This document shows, piece by piece, positions 1 through 9,885 of a DNA stretch of 64,000 bases. This DNA comes from an uncultured Gammaproteobacteria bacterium (GTDB lineage: Bacteria; Patescibacteriota; Microgenomatia; Levybacterales; GWA1-39-11). The stretch's first letter is position 1. The number at the start of each line of letters is the position of its first letter. The stretch is from positions 204,110 to 268,109 of the forward strand of contig CAYVKP010000001.1 of assembly GCA_964452165.1 (NCBI GenBank), read 5' to 3'. The translations under genes and the position numbers were made by a program. The notes below the pieces were generated by a model that searched no databases, had not been told where the DNA came from, and was given only the letters and a program-made list of their open reading frames with translations.

Positions 1-1
1 T

Positions 2-1282
2 CAAGATGCAGGAAATGGTGAAGATGATTGTATTTCACCAAAGTCTCGGGGCGGTGACCCAATGGATCAGGCAGGACACGGAACCCATGTAGCCGGAACA
101 ATAGGGGCCATGACTAATAATGGAATAGGAATAGCAGGGATTAATTGGAACGTTACCATTGTAGCTATAAAAACTCAAAACGCTCAAGGTAAAGGCGCAA
201 TAACTGATAATTTTGAGGCCATAAGGTGGGCCGTTGATCAAGCGCATGTAAACATCATCAATTTGAGCTTGGCTTCATCAGTTCCTTGTGCGGATAATCG
301 GGTTGCCGGATATCAAGAAGCATTGGATTATGCCAGATCAAAAGGTGTTCTGGTTATTGTTGCGGCAGGAAACGAGACAGAAGATGCGAGTCTTGAGAGC
401 CCCGCATCTTGTAACGGTGTGCTTGTTGTTGGAAATTCAGATCAAAATGATCATAGGGTTTCTGATTCCAACTGGGGTGGTCGTGTTGCAATCTCTGCGC
501 CGGGGAAAAACATTCTGTCAACCGTCCCAAGCAATAGCACGTGTCTGCCAAACAGTTGTTACGCTCAACTTGATGGAACAAGTATGTCAACGCCTCATGT
601 CGCTGGAGTCGCGGCACTTCTTCTTGCGGCAAATCCCGGACTTTCAGTTGATAAGGTGAGGGAATGTCTCGTCCAAAATGCCGACCCTATAAATCAGGAG
701 GCAGGGAGAAATATCGGTCCACGGCTTAATGCCTTCAAGACACTTAACGCTTGCTCCGGTCATCCAATAACTCCAACTCCCACCACAACGGCGGCAGCTA
801 CTCCAATACCAAACCAAAACTCTCAGAACATTCAACCCCCAACGGAAGGAAGGGTAGCAGGTGAAGTATTTATAGACAGTAATGGTAATCATAAATTGGA
901 CAGTGGAGAAAAGCCGTATGTTGGAGCAAATTTGACACTTGAAGGTCCTCGGAAATTATCTACCAATTCAGATTCTTCGGGAAATTATATCTTTAACGTA
1001 AACCAAGCCGGTAACTATAAAGTTAACATTTCAATCGCCGGTAAATTAATCGGTTCGTCTTCTACATTCAGCGTATACCCGGGTGCAATTGCGCATGTTT
1101 CATTTCCCCTACCGGCATCATATGCTCAAGCTCAAAATCAAAACGGGCAAGGACAAGGGGCAGCTCCAACCAAAAAGCCGACACCAAAAGTCCAAACATA
1201 CAGTTGTCACGAGAAGACCTCAGTAGGCGGAGCAGGAAGCTCTATACAAATAGGAAACCTTGAGTGCACCCCGAATAATTAG
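2..1282 (+). CDS. Subtilisin-like serine protease (S8), 5'-partial; C-terminal Pro/Thr linker plus SdrD-B/prealbumin-like domain
   Basis: His box GHGTHVAGT and Ser box GTSMSTPHVAG. The reading frame is open back to base 2, so the Asp box lies upstream of the window. C-terminal segment SNGNHKLDSGEKPYVGANLTLEG...SDSSGNYIFNV resembles SdrD-B-type domains. Confidence 0.85.
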   Translation, partial: QDAGNGEDDCISPKSRGGDPMDQAGHGTHVAGTIGAMTNNGIGIAGINWNVTIVAIKTQNAQGKGAITDNFEAIRWAVDQAHVNIINLSLASSVPCADNRVAGYQEALDYARSKGVLVIVAAGNETEDASLESPASCNGVLVVGNSDQNDHRVSDSNWGGRVAISAPGKNILSTVPSNSTCLPNSCYAQLDGTSMSTPHVAGVAALLLAANPGLSVDKVRECLVQNADPINQEAGRNIGPRLNAFKTLNACSGHPITPTPTTTAAATPIPNQNSQNIQPPTEGRVAGEVFIDSNGNHKLDSGEKPYVGANLTLEGPRKLSTNSDSSGNYIFNVNQAGNYKVNISIAGKLIGSSSTFSVYPGAIAHVSFPLPASYAQAQNQNGQGQGAAPTKKPTPKVQTYSCHEKTSVGGAGSSIQIGNLECTPNN

Positions 1283-1373
1283 TTACTCTCAAGTTTGTTG
1301 GGCTACAGGTAGTAAATCCGAATAGAATTATAGTAGATGCTTAGTTTGGTTAGTAGGTTAAAGCTGACGTGTT

Positions 1374-3047
1374 TTAAAGAGAGCAGACTGGTACACCGTT
1401 GGAGCAGGTGTAGTTGCTCATACTTCCTCCACATTGCGCAGCGCTGACTCCCCAGCACTTCCCTCCGCAAGATACCTCATTGGCAGCGCAGGAAGACCCT
1501 CCATTATTTGTAGGCTGAGTCGGTTGTACAACAGGTGGATTATCTTCCGCAGGAGGATTATAAGGATTGGTGGGATTACTAGGACTACTGGACCCACCAC
1601 CACAAGCTGGAGCTGTAAAGTGTTTTACGTTGCCTAGACCTCCCCCATACCACACGTCGTTATATAGAGCGGTCACTCTCCATGTGTGATCTATTCCCGT
1701 TTGGAAGCCGGGCCAAATAACATAAGTATCTCCACCGTCTCTTGGACCAAAGCTTACAAAGCTATCCACATCAAGGAAAGGACCATCTTTTGCGAACTTT
1801 GCGTTTACCCACTGGACCTCAGCACGTTGTCCGGTTGTAGATTGTCCCGGAGTCCAACTGAATCTCATTGTCCTTGTCCCATCAGATGCACAATCAAGAG
1901 GCGTTGCGTAGCCTGTGAACGGTCCATTAAACTGTCCTCCTTGATTAGAATTGCCAGGCTGGTTATTATTGGGAGTATTAGTTTCCGGCCCAACAGGATT
2001 ACCCAATAATTGGGTTGCATTAGGAGCAATCTGAGGGCTTGTTAAATTTGCACTCTTAAAACCTGAACAATTACCCAAGCTTGGATCAGAAATGCCCAAA
2101 TCCTGCGATGTCTTAGCTTGCTTATAAAAAACACACCGATCGACTTTTTTACTCATAGTCCAGGCCGTACATAGATCATCGTTTTTACATGCTTGTTCAC
2201 ATGCAGAAGGATTATGTGCTTCCTCTGGGTCATAATAACCATCTCCCCCAAAATATCTATCCGTATAATACTTGTTCCATGGGCACCAGTCATTGTTGTT
2301 CGGCGCCGCTGGGATGGGGGTATCAGCGGGAGGTTGAGCCGTCTGACCAAGAGGATTACCGTTTGATTGTCCCGGGATACCGGTGTAGTTGTTGGGACAA
2401 GTGATGGCATCACCGGCGTCACAAACACTACCGCTACCAATATTTTCGCATTTTAGAACACCACAAGTACCACCAAGGTATTTGTGTTCATCACCCTGAA
2501 TACATTTACCATTGTGGCTAGAAACAACTACGCTCCCATTTAAACAGTCACCCTTAGGCGGAATTTTTGGTGTAGGAGCTGGAGCTTTGGTCGGAGTAGG
2601 AGATGGACCACAAGCGTTAACATCAACAACCGTACATGCGACGTCACTACCCAAGTCCTCACAGTGAGCATATGTAGCACTATGTCCGTCCGTACCTTGA
2701 CCTGTGCAGGTATAAGATATACTGACGTTACCCTTATTATCCTTTTTAGCAATCCGCAAATTGTGATTATTCCCACCGTCACAAAAATATGTGTACTTGT
2801 CATCGCTTTTTACTTGCCTTTTTAATATTTTTGTTTTTTGATCCGATCGACACTCACTTTCCGCTATTCGGCTTGTGAAGAAGAGGCCGGAGTGGGCGCC
2901 GTTGATGAGAGTATTTGTTACTGGGATTGAGAGAATTGCTGCAATTACAAAAAAGAACAAGCCTTGTTTTGAAATCAAAACTTTTTTTAAGAATGCGGTT
3001 TCCTTTGAAACTAAGCGGGAAATGTCTCCCTTAGAAGATAAACTCAT
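1374..3047 (-). CDS. Cys-rich secreted/membrane-anchored protein (PAN/apple-like and FN3-like segments), hypothetical
   Basis: N-terminal hydrophobic anchor LFFFVIAAILSIPV. Segment ACEQACKNDDLCTAWT...RCVFY is PAN-like. Pro/Thr linkers and many Cys are present. Confidence 0.45.
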   Translation of the reverse strand: MSLSSKGDISRLVSKETAFLKKVLISKQGLFFFVIAAILSIPVTNTLINGAHSGLFFTSRIAESECRSDQKTKILKRQVKSDDKYTYFCDGGNNHNLRIAKKDNKGNVSISYTCTGQGTDGHSATYAHCEDLGSDVACTVVDVNACGPSPTPTKAPAPTPKIPPKGDCLNGSVVVSSHNGKCIQGDEHKYLGGTCGVLKCENIGSGSVCDAGDAITCPNNYTGIPGQSNGNPLGQTAQPPADTPIPAAPNNNDWCPWNKYYTDRYFGGDGYYDPEEAHNPSACEQACKNDDLCTAWTMSKKVDRCVFYKQAKTSQDLGISDPSLGNCSGFKSANLTSPQIAPNATQLLGNPVGPETNTPNNNQPGNSNQGGQFNGPFTGYATPLDCASDGTRTMRFSWTPGQSTTGQRAEVQWVNAKFAKDGPFLDVDSFVSFGPRDGGDTYVIWPGFQTGIDHTWRVTALYNDVWYGGGLGNVKHFTAPACGGGSSSPSNPTNPYNPPAEDNPPVVQPTQPTNNGGSSCAANEVSCGGKCWGVSAAQCGGSMSNYTCSNGVPVCSL

Positions 3048-3144
3048 TATATTGAGAATAGCCTAAAGCCAGCCTAAAAGTCAAGTTAAATTAGCTCAAA
3101 ATTCTGGCAAATAGAGCCTAAATCTGCTAAAATGAGAGATATCT

Positions 3145-4035
3145 ATGGCTGAAAAAGATTTTTACCAAATTTTGGGAGTCGCCAAGACTGCGACACCGGA
3201 GGAGATGAAAAAAGCGTACAGAAAGCTTGCTCTTCAATACCACCCCGACCGCAACAAAACAAAAGAGGCGGAAGATAAATTTAAAGAGATCAACCGTGCT
3301 TATGAAGTTCTGTCCGATCCTAATAAGCGCCAACAGTATGATCAGTTTGGATCGGGAGCTTTTGAGGGTGGAGCAGGTCCTGGCGGGCCGTTTGGTGGGC
3401 AAACAGGGCGCCAAGGACCGTTTACTTACACTTATTCAACAGGGGGAGACCCCTTCGGAGCTCAGGGTGGGCAGGGATTTGATTTTAATTTTGGAGGATT
3501 TTCAGACCCCTTCGAAATATTTGAGCAATTCTTTGGCGGAGGGTCACCATTTGGAGGCCGCCGCAAACCTACATATTCTTTGACCATAGACTTTATGGAA
3601 GCGGTTAAAGGTACGGAAAAGAAGGTTACGATTGGGGGAACAGCAAAAACTATAAAAATCCCGGCCGGAATAGACGGCAACTCAAGAATCAGATTTGATG
3701 AGTTTGATATCCTTGTTGGAGTTCGTCCTCATCAAAAATTTGTTCGTGAAGGTCAGGATATTATTACAGAAGAGGAGATTTCAATGGTTCAGGCAGCCCT
3801 TGGTGACATAATTGATGTTGATACGGTTGATGGATCAGTGAAGCTAAAAATCCCTGAAGGAACTCAACCAAACGCATTAATTAGAATTAAAGGGCATGGA
3901 ATAGTCAGGGTTAATACTAAAAATAAAGGCGACCACTACGTGCGTATTAAAATTGAAATCCCCAAGAAATTGAAAGGTAAACAAAAGGCACTCCTTGAGG
4001 AGTTTGAAAAAGAAGGTAGCAAAGGCTGGTTCTAA
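3145..4035 (+). CDS. DnaJ-like J-domain co-chaperone, type II (no zinc-finger domain)
   Basis: J domain DFYQILGV...[14 protein letters not shown] with the HPD motif, a G/F-rich region and a DnaJ C-terminal domain. No CxxCxGxG repeats. Confidence 0.8.
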   Translation: MAEKDFYQILGVAKTATPEEMKKAYRKLALQYHPDRNKTKEAEDKFKEINRAYEVLSDPNKRQQYDQFGSGAFEGGAGPGGPFGGQTGRQGPFTYTYSTGGDPFGAQGGQGFDFNFGGFSDPFEIFEQFFGGGSPFGGRRKPTYSLTIDFMEAVKGTEKKVTIGGTAKTIKIPAGIDGNSRIRFDEFDILVGVRPHQKFVREGQDIITEEEISMVQAALGDIIDVDTVDGSVKLKIPEGTQPNALIRIKGHGIVRVNTKNKGDHYVRIKIEIPKKLKGKQKALLEEFEKEGSKGWF

Positions 4036-4042
4036 ATTTTTG

Positions 4043-4160
4043 TACTTTTCTACCGAAAAAAGTACCAAAAGCTCTCTTGTGCACAAGTCAAGCTAATTTT
4101 ATCGTTCGTTCATCGGGGGAAAACCTCCCCCTCCGACAGTTCGTCGGGTCTCCCCCTGAT
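4043..4160. repeat. Cluster of four consecutive hairpins (terminator-like GTACTTTT..AAAAGTAC; CTTGTGCACAAG; GGGGGAAAACCTCCCCC; CCGACAGTTCGTCGG) ending in GGGTCTCCCCC
   Basis: Palindromes read directly downstream of the dnaJ-like stop. The GC-rich part resembles the repeat family at 13113 and 44324 (cggtctccc box). Confidence 0.3.
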
Positions 4161-4266
4161 TCACTCACTCTAAAATTTTAACGCTTTTGGTCGTGCATGC
4201 AAGAAAATTAGGAAGGCTGTTAGGGCACTTGATACTAGATACAAAATACTAGATACTAATTGTATT

Positions 4267-4593
4267 GTGGGGATTCTGCTCTATCCTTTATTTTTGGTGG
4301 TGTTTTGGTACCGAGACTTTTTCTTAGGATCGGTCAGAAAATCAGCAGAAATTTTTGTTTATACCGCCAACCTTCTATCCATACCGCTCCTTTTCAAAAC
4401 TTTTTTCAAACCCCTCAAGAATGAATATAGAGAAGGACTAGTTCTTTTCTCGGTAATCATGGGAATGGTAGTCAAATCGGTACTTCTTCTTATATCTTTT
4501 GGAATTCTATTGCTAGTTCTATTAGTGGTAGCAGTTTTCGATTGTGTGATTTTGATACTCCCGCTCTTGATTATTAAATTCATTTTCCTATGA
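4267..4593 (+). CDS. Small multi-TM membrane protein, hypothetical
   Basis: Hydrophobic throughout, about 3 TM helices. The stop overlaps the downstream clpC-like start. Confidence 0.35.
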   Translation: MGILLYPLFLVVFWYRDFFLGSVRKSAEIFVYTANLLSIPLLFKTFFKPLKNEYREGLVLFSVIMGMVVKSVLLLISFGILLLVLLVVAVFDCVILILPLLIIKFIFL

Positions 4594-6956
4594 AAGATAG
4601 ATATTTTGAAATATACAAATTAACCAACTCGATCGCCGGAATATTTGTTCGCTTTTTCTTGTTCGTATTAGTATTCATTTACGCATATATGAGATTCAGC
4701 AGTGGTAGCGATTTGAAACCTGTTATAGCAATTTTTGCCGCGGTTTTAATAAATGAGCTTTTTCTTGAGCATATTAAAAAAATCGAGCCGGAAGCAAAAG
4801 TCAATAAACGTGAGGATAAATTTGAAGACTCATTAGTTTTTTCTGCAAAAAAAGCCCTGTTTGAATCAAAGAATAGTTATGAATTTGTAAAAAAGATCAA
4901 AAATTCCCAAAGAGTTAAATTTTTCAGAAACAAATTAGGACTTTTAGAACTGGCTGACACAAAAATTACAAAAGAAGAACTTTTGAAACAGGCTTTTGAA
5001 GCAGTTGTTTGGGTTGAAGGTTTGTATATTACAGATGTTGATTTATTTGCGGCTTACGTTTTGCTTTCTGAAGATACCACCAATTTCTTGCAAAAAAATA
5101 ATCTAAATAATGACGATGTGATCAATATTTTGTATTGGACGAGGAGAGAATTTTTCCCCGATAATTTTATTCACGACAGAATTGTTTTGACCAGTCCCGG
5201 AGTTTTTGACAGTCTCGTCTATGGGTGGAATTATGAGCTTAAGAAATATTCACTTGACTTGAGTTTGGAAGTTTTGTCTAGGAGATTTCCTCCAAGAATA
5301 AATTCCGCAGAAAAAGAATTTCACGAGCTTGAAGTTGCGCTATCTCGACACAAATCGTCAAGTGCAATAATAGTTGGAGAACCCGGCACAGGCAAGTCTA
5401 CTCTTGTAGAGTATTTAGCTTACTCTTCATTTTTTGGAAAGACCAGCCAAGAGCTTTCCCACAGAAAAGTATTTGAGTTATTGGTTGATAAAATCATTTC
5501 AGGAATTTCTACACCCGGCGATCTTGAAGGAAGGCTTTCTGAGATGCTTGCTGAAATTATTCACTCCGGAAATTCCATCATCTTTATACAAAACATTGAA
5601 AATATTTTTGGTGGGGGAGGGTTCAACCTTGATATCTCGGGAGTTTTGGATGAATATTTAAAAAGCGATAAGATAAAAATTGTTGGTACTACAACTCCCG
5701 GCGGATTTGCTGATTTTATTGCACCTAAAGTAAACACAGCAAATCTATTTGAAAAAATTGAAGTACCCGAAACAAATCCGGGAAAAACTCTACTATTATT
5801 GACAACAAAAGCTCAAGAAGTTGAGTCAAAATACAAAATTAAAATAAATTATTCGGCTCTCAAGCAAGTAGTAATTTTATCAGAGCTTTATTTTCCCGAC
5901 AGATTTTTGCCGGGTCGCGCTATAGATCTACTTGAAGATGTTGCTTCAAAAGCCCAGATTGAGAAGAACAAAGAGATTGATGCAAAAGCAGTCATTGAAT
6001 TTGTCCAGAGTAAAACTAAAGTCGTTTTGGAAGAGCCGGATACAAACGAGAAAGATTTACTCATACATCTTGAAGAGAAATTGCATCAAAGAGTGATAGG
6101 ACAAGATGAGGCAATAGTTTCTGTTGCCGGCGCAATGAGAAGACTTAGGAGTGGTTTTAAAGATGAAAACCGCCCAATATCGGTATTTCTTTTCTTAGGT
6201 CCCACGGGAGTAGGAAAAACGGAAACGGCAAAAGCTCTGGCTGCAGAATATTTTCATGATGAAAAATCAATGATACGTTTTGACATGAGCGAACTTCAGA
6301 CTCAGGGGCAACTTGCGCGAATATTGGGATCTGCTCCCGGTCAAGAGCATATGCCAAATAGTCTCGTTGAACAAGTTGAGAATAATCCTTTCTCACTTGT
6401 TCTTCTTGATGAATTTGAGAAAGCGGATCCAAAAGTCCTCAATATTTTTCTCCAGGTTTTTGATGAAGGGAGACTTACCGACAATAGTGGTAAGACTGTT
6501 TCTTTTAAAAATACAATAATAATTGCAACTTCAAATGCGGGTTCTGAAATGCTTCGTGAAAAGGAAAAAGCAAACCAACCGGTAACAAAAGAAGATATCG
6601 TGGATTATGTTTTGACTACAAACAAATTTACTCCGGAGCTTGTAAATCGCTTTGACGATGTTGTCTTGTTTAAATTCTTAGACAATGATGAAGTCAAAAA
6701 AATTTCAAATCTACTTCTTACTCAAATTGTTAAAAAACTTTCGGACAATCAAATAAATATTACTTTTGACGACAAAGTTTTATCCAAAATTGCAACTGAA
6801 GCTTACAATTCGGAATTTGGAGCAAGAAATGTGAGACGATACATAGATGATAATATTGAAGATTTTCTTTCAAAAGCAATACTTGAAGGGGAAATCCAAA
6901 AAGGGGCGAACGTAACTCTCTCTGTTGATGAAAAGGGTTCATTCGTTATAACATAG
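4590..6956 (+). CDS. ClpA/ClpC-like double AAA+ ATPase (Hsp100 family) with N-terminal transmembrane segments
   Basis: Two Walker A motifs, VGEPGTGKST and LGPTGVGKTETAKALA. Also VIGQDEAIVSV and sensor motifs. Spacing between NBDs is about 275 aa (ClpA/C-like, no ClpB M domain). N-terminal about 150 aa hold two hydrophobic helices. I found no IGF/IGL ClpP-loop. Confidence 0.8.
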   Translation: MKDRYFEIYKLTNSIAGIFVRFFLFVLVFIYAYMRFSSGSDLKPVIAIFAAVLINELFLEHIKKIEPEAKVNKREDKFEDSLVFSAKKALFESKNSYEFVKKIKNSQRVKFFRNKLGLLELADTKITKEELLKQAFEAVVWVEGLYITDVDLFAAYVLLSEDTTNFLQKNNLNNDDVINILYWTRREFFPDNFIHDRIVLTSPGVFDSLVYGWNYELKKYSLDLSLEVLSRRFPPRINSAEKEFHELEVALSRHKSSSAIIVGEPGTGKSTLVEYLAYSSFFGKTSQELSHRKVFELLVDKIISGISTPGDLEGRLSEMLAEIIHSGNSIIFIQNIENIFGGGGFNLDISGVLDEYLKSDKIKIVGTTTPGGFADFIAPKVNTANLFEKIEVPETNPGKTLLLLTTKAQEVESKYKIKINYSALKQVVILSELYFPDRFLPGRAIDLLEDVASKAQIEKNKEIDAKAVIEFVQSKTKVVLEEPDTNEKDLLIHLEEKLHQRVIGQDEAIVSVAGAMRRLRSGFKDENRPISVFLFLGPTGVGKTETAKALAAEYFHDEKSMIRFDMSELQTQGQLARILGSAPGQEHMPNSLVEQVENNPFSLVLLDEFEKADPKVLNIFLQVFDEGRLTDNSGKTVSFKNTIIIATSNAGSEMLREKEKANQPVTKEDIVDYVLTTNKFTPELVNRFDDVVLFKFLDNDEVKKISNLLLTQIVKKLSDNQINITFDDKVLSKIATEAYNSEFGARNVRRYIDDNIEDFLSKAILEGEIQKGANVTLSVDEKGSFVIT

Positions 6957-7008
6957 AATATGAAAGTTTCGCGTTCGCTTATGCTCAGTGCTCTATAATA
7001 AAAACAAT

Positions 7009-8010
7009 ATGAAGGTCGCGTGTTTTGAGCTCCAAGATTTTGAAAAAGATTTTTTAAAAGATAAATTCGAGCACACTTTGGATATAAGTTTTAATTCGGA
7101 GACTTTAAATCCTAGCAATGTTGCTGCAATACAAAACACTGAGGCTCTCGTAGTTTTTATTTATTCTGCTATTACCAAAGAAATTTTGGACCAACTTCCC
7201 AATTTAAAATTTATCGCGACGATGTCTACTGGCTTTGATCATATAGACATTGAGGAATGTAAAAAAAGAAGTATTGTAGTATCTACTGTCCCTACATATG
7301 GAGAAAATACTGTGGCCGAACACGCATTTTCATTGATTTTTGCAATTTCAAGAAGATTGGTGGAGTCATTCGCAAAAGTTAAAAGCGGTAACTTTTCTCC
7401 GGTTGGTTTGACGGGGTTCGATCTTTTCGGTAAGACCTTGGGAGTTGTGGGCGTGGGAAGTATTGGAACACACGTAATAAGAATCGCAAAAGGTATCGGA
7501 ATGGAGGTTTTGGCATACAAGCGTACACCGGATCCAAAGCTTGCCCAAGATTTAGGATTTAGATTCGTTGAGATGGATGAACTTCTGGCAAATTCAGATG
7601 TTATAACATTGCACCTTCCTTATACACCTCAGACTCACCATTTTATAAATCAGGAATCTTTTTCGAAGATGAAAGACGGTGTTGTAATTATCAATACCGC
7701 AAGGGGAGCAATAATGGATACAGCGGCTCTTGTTCAAGCATTGCAAAGTAAAAAAGTCGGCGCTGCGGGCCTTGACGTTTTGGAGGAAGAACCGATACTG
7801 GCTGAAGAACACGAGCTTTTACATAAAGATTTTCCTATAGAAGATCTGAAAACAGTTCTTGAAAACCACATGCTTCTCAATAACCCTAACGTGGTTATAA
7901 CTCCACACAACGCTTTCAATAGTCGCGAGGCATTAATGAGAATTCTTTCGACAACTGCCGAGAATATAATGGGATTTTTGTCAGGAGCTCCTAAAAACTT
8001 GGCTTTCTAA
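7009..8010 (+). CDS. D-isomer-specific 2-hydroxyacid dehydrogenase (D-lactate dehydrogenase-like)
   Basis: NAD-binding GKTLGVVGVGSIGTHV and the catalytic-domain pattern of the D-2-hydroxyacid dehydrogenase family. ATG at 7009 is preferred over the upstream GTG at 6988. Confidence 0.8.
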   Translation: MKVACFELQDFEKDFLKDKFEHTLDISFNSETLNPSNVAAIQNTEALVVFIYSAITKEILDQLPNLKFIATMSTGFDHIDIEECKKRSIVVSTVPTYGENTVAEHAFSLIFAISRRLVESFAKVKSGNFSPVGLTGFDLFGKTLGVVGVGSIGTHVIRIAKGIGMEVLAYKRTPDPKLAQDLGFRFVEMDELLANSDVITLHLPYTPQTHHFINQESFSKMKDGVVIINTARGAIMDTAALVQALQSKKVGAAGLDVLEEEPILAEEHELLHKDFPIEDLKTVLENHMLLNNPNVVITPHNAFNSREALMRILSTTAENIMGFLSGAPKNLAF

Positions 8011-8021
8011 TCGGACTGTAA

Positions 8022-8408
8022 TTAAAGCTGCTGTAGATTTTTATTGATGCTATTTAAATCTTGTTGAGGATCACCAAGATCAAGATTGTTGATGTCACCT
8101 GTATCTGTTGTGGCCGGAGTTGGGGCGAGAGTAGGAGTTACAACTCTTTGAGGAGCGGGCGTAATTGCGGGGGCCATAGCAGTTTGTGAGTTACTCTTAA
8201 TAGCTAAAATATAAATTGCTCCTACTACTATTGCCATGATAACCACGACTACGAGAAGAAGTATAGTTTTATTAAATCCTTTAGGCTGTGGTGTGTTCGA
8301 ACTATTAGTGGGTGTAGTATTTTGGTTTGGGACAGGACTCGCGGGAATATTGGCCGTTGGCGGTACGGGTGTCCCAATGTTTTGTTTGTTTTCTAAGTTT
8401 TGATCCAT
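8022..8408 (-). CDS. Pro/Thr-rich single-TM membrane protein, hypothetical
   Basis: TM LLLVVVVIMAIVVGAIYILAI. Internal ATG at 8408 lies 1 nt after the upstream gene's stop (translational coupling). Confidence 0.4.
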   Translation of the reverse strand: MDQNLENKQNIGTPVPPTANIPASPVPNQNTTPTNSSNTPQPKGFNKTILLLVVVVIMAIVVGAIYILAIKSNSQTAMAPAITPAPQRVVTPTLAPTPATTDTGDINNLDLGDPQQDLNSINKNLQQL

Positions 8409-8409
8409 A

Positions 8410-9045
8410 TTATTCTTGAATGATAGCAGAACCGGTTGCTGTCGTAGGACTCCCCATAAGTTTTGCAGCCTGTGCAATTGCAGCGGCAACTGACGCTTTT
8501 GCGTCAGATACCTGTTTGTGGACCGTCATGATATCCAATCTAAATCCTGAAACCATCTGACCGATAACATTCTTAAGAGTTATGTCATCTGTTATTGTTG
8601 CAGAGTATTGCTTCTGAGATTGAGCCGCAACGGATGTTTTTGCGTTATCGATTGCCGTCTGGGCTGCAGTAATGGCAGCATCGAGCGCTGATGTATCTTT
8701 TCCTTCAGTTTTTAAGGCAGTAGATTTGATTTTGAGCTTATCAAGAATTATAGACATTTTTGCTAGTGCTTGGCTCATCTTGTCTGTTAATTTGCTATTA
8801 CTTGCCAAAATATCGTTGTCAATTTTTTCGACTATCATTTTTTTTCTTTCGTCTCTTATTAAAGAAATTTGACTTTTAAACTCTTGAATTTTAGCTCGCA
8901 AAACGTCTTTGTCTTGTTGAACAGCAGTTCTTAAGGGTTTTAGCGGGTGAGTCATTGCGCTAGGTGATGTTCCTTCAGTTTGAGCGAATGCACTAGTTGT
9001 AAATATTAAAAATAAACCTGCAGAAAATACGACTTTTTTTAGCAT
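8410..9045 (-). CDS. Secreted coiled-coil protein, hypothetical
   Basis: Signal peptide MLKKVVFSAGLFLIFTTSAFAQ followed by Ala/Lys/Asp-rich helical sequence. Confidence 0.45.
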   Translation of the reverse strand: MLKKVVFSAGLFLIFTTSAFAQTEGTSPSAMTHPLKPLRTAVQQDKDVLRAKIQEFKSQISLIRDERKKMIVEKIDNDILASNSKLTDKMSQALAKMSIILDKLKIKSTALKTEGKDTSALDAAITAAQTAIDNAKTSVAAQSQKQYSATITDDITLKNVIGQMVSGFRLDIMTVHKQVSDAKASVAAAIAQAAKLMGSPTTATGSAIIQE

Positions 9046-9097
9046 AAGTAAATCTTATTTGATTTTGTAAGTAATTGTCAACTCTCGTGGAGCCAGG

Positions 9098-9847
9098 CTA
9101 GGCTTGAATGTCCTTGATACTATCAAGATACAAACAATAATCGCAATTAGCTGTCGTTGGGGGTAAATCTCCGTCAAGACATTTCTTGATGTCCCCAAGA
9201 GTTTTTTCTATCCAGGAATCGTCTCCTTTATATGGAATTAAATCCAGGTGAAACTCGAGTCTTGCATCGAAAGCTTCCCTGTCAGTCTTTCCATTGCAAT
9301 AAACAAAGTATCCCGTATCTGAAACTGCGAATCCATTTTTTCTAAATAGCCATTGGTAAATTTCTATCTGACGTTTGTATCCTGCTTGCCAAGGGGCATC
9401 AATATTCAAATCTCCATCTTTTGCAGTCGATTTATAGTCAACAATTATTAATTTCCCTTCTTTATCCTTCCAAATATCGTCAATTCCTCCAAAAATGAGA
9501 AAGTTAGTTGGTTTGTGGAGAAATCTTATTCCGGAGAAAGGATTTCGCCATTCATCAATCAATTCATGCGCCAGGGGAATTGCATCAACTCCATAGTGTT
9601 TTAAAAGAGGGTGTGTCGATTTTCCTGCTCTATGAATATCAAACTCTTTTTTTAGCAGCCTATCAACGGCGGAGTTAAGCGTGAAGGGGAAGCCTGGAGG
9701 ACGGTCCACTCCAAGACGTCTATCAATATAAAAGCATCTGGGACATGAGACAAAATTTTCTATTCTACTCCTACTTAACTTGAAAGGTAAAGAAGAGCCG
9801 GGAGCATAAAGTGCAGAATTTCTTTTACCGGAGTAGTAGTCAGACAT
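9098..9847 (-). CDS. PD-(D/E)XK nuclease of the Cas4/RecB family with putative Fe-S cluster Cys
   Basis: Motif II GGIDDIW, motif III IVDYK, QhxxY-like QIEIYQWL, N-terminal CPRC and C-terminal C-X11-C-X2-C (CLDG...CDYC). Confidence 0.6.
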   Translation of the reverse strand: MSDYYSGKRNSALYAPGSSLPFKLSRSRIENFVSCPRCFYIDRRLGVDRPPGFPFTLNSAVDRLLKKEFDIHRAGKSTHPLLKHYGVDAIPLAHELIDEWRNPFSGIRFLHKPTNFLIFGGIDDIWKDKEGKLIIVDYKSTAKDGDLNIDAPWQAGYKRQIEIYQWLFRKNGFAVSDTGYFVYCNGKTDREAFDARLEFHLDLIPYKGDDSWIEKTLGDIKKCLDGDLPPTTANCDYCLYLDSIKDIQA

Positions 9848-9885
9848 AGGAGACTATTATAACAGTTTCAAAGTATAATTAGCTT

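Noticed and set aside
288-892. Antisense and off-frame ORFs inside the subtilisin gene (288-659, 354-632, 644-892), and similar nested ORFs inside metK, the adhesin, pnp, ftsK and others
   Set aside because: They lie wholly inside well-supported genes and have no motifs and odd composition. They are treated as frame artefacts.
3085-3125. CIRCE (HrcA operator) upstream of the dnaJ-like gene
   Set aside because: TTAGCTCAAAATTCTGGCAAATA does not form the TTAGCACTC-N9-GAGTGCTAA inverted repeat.
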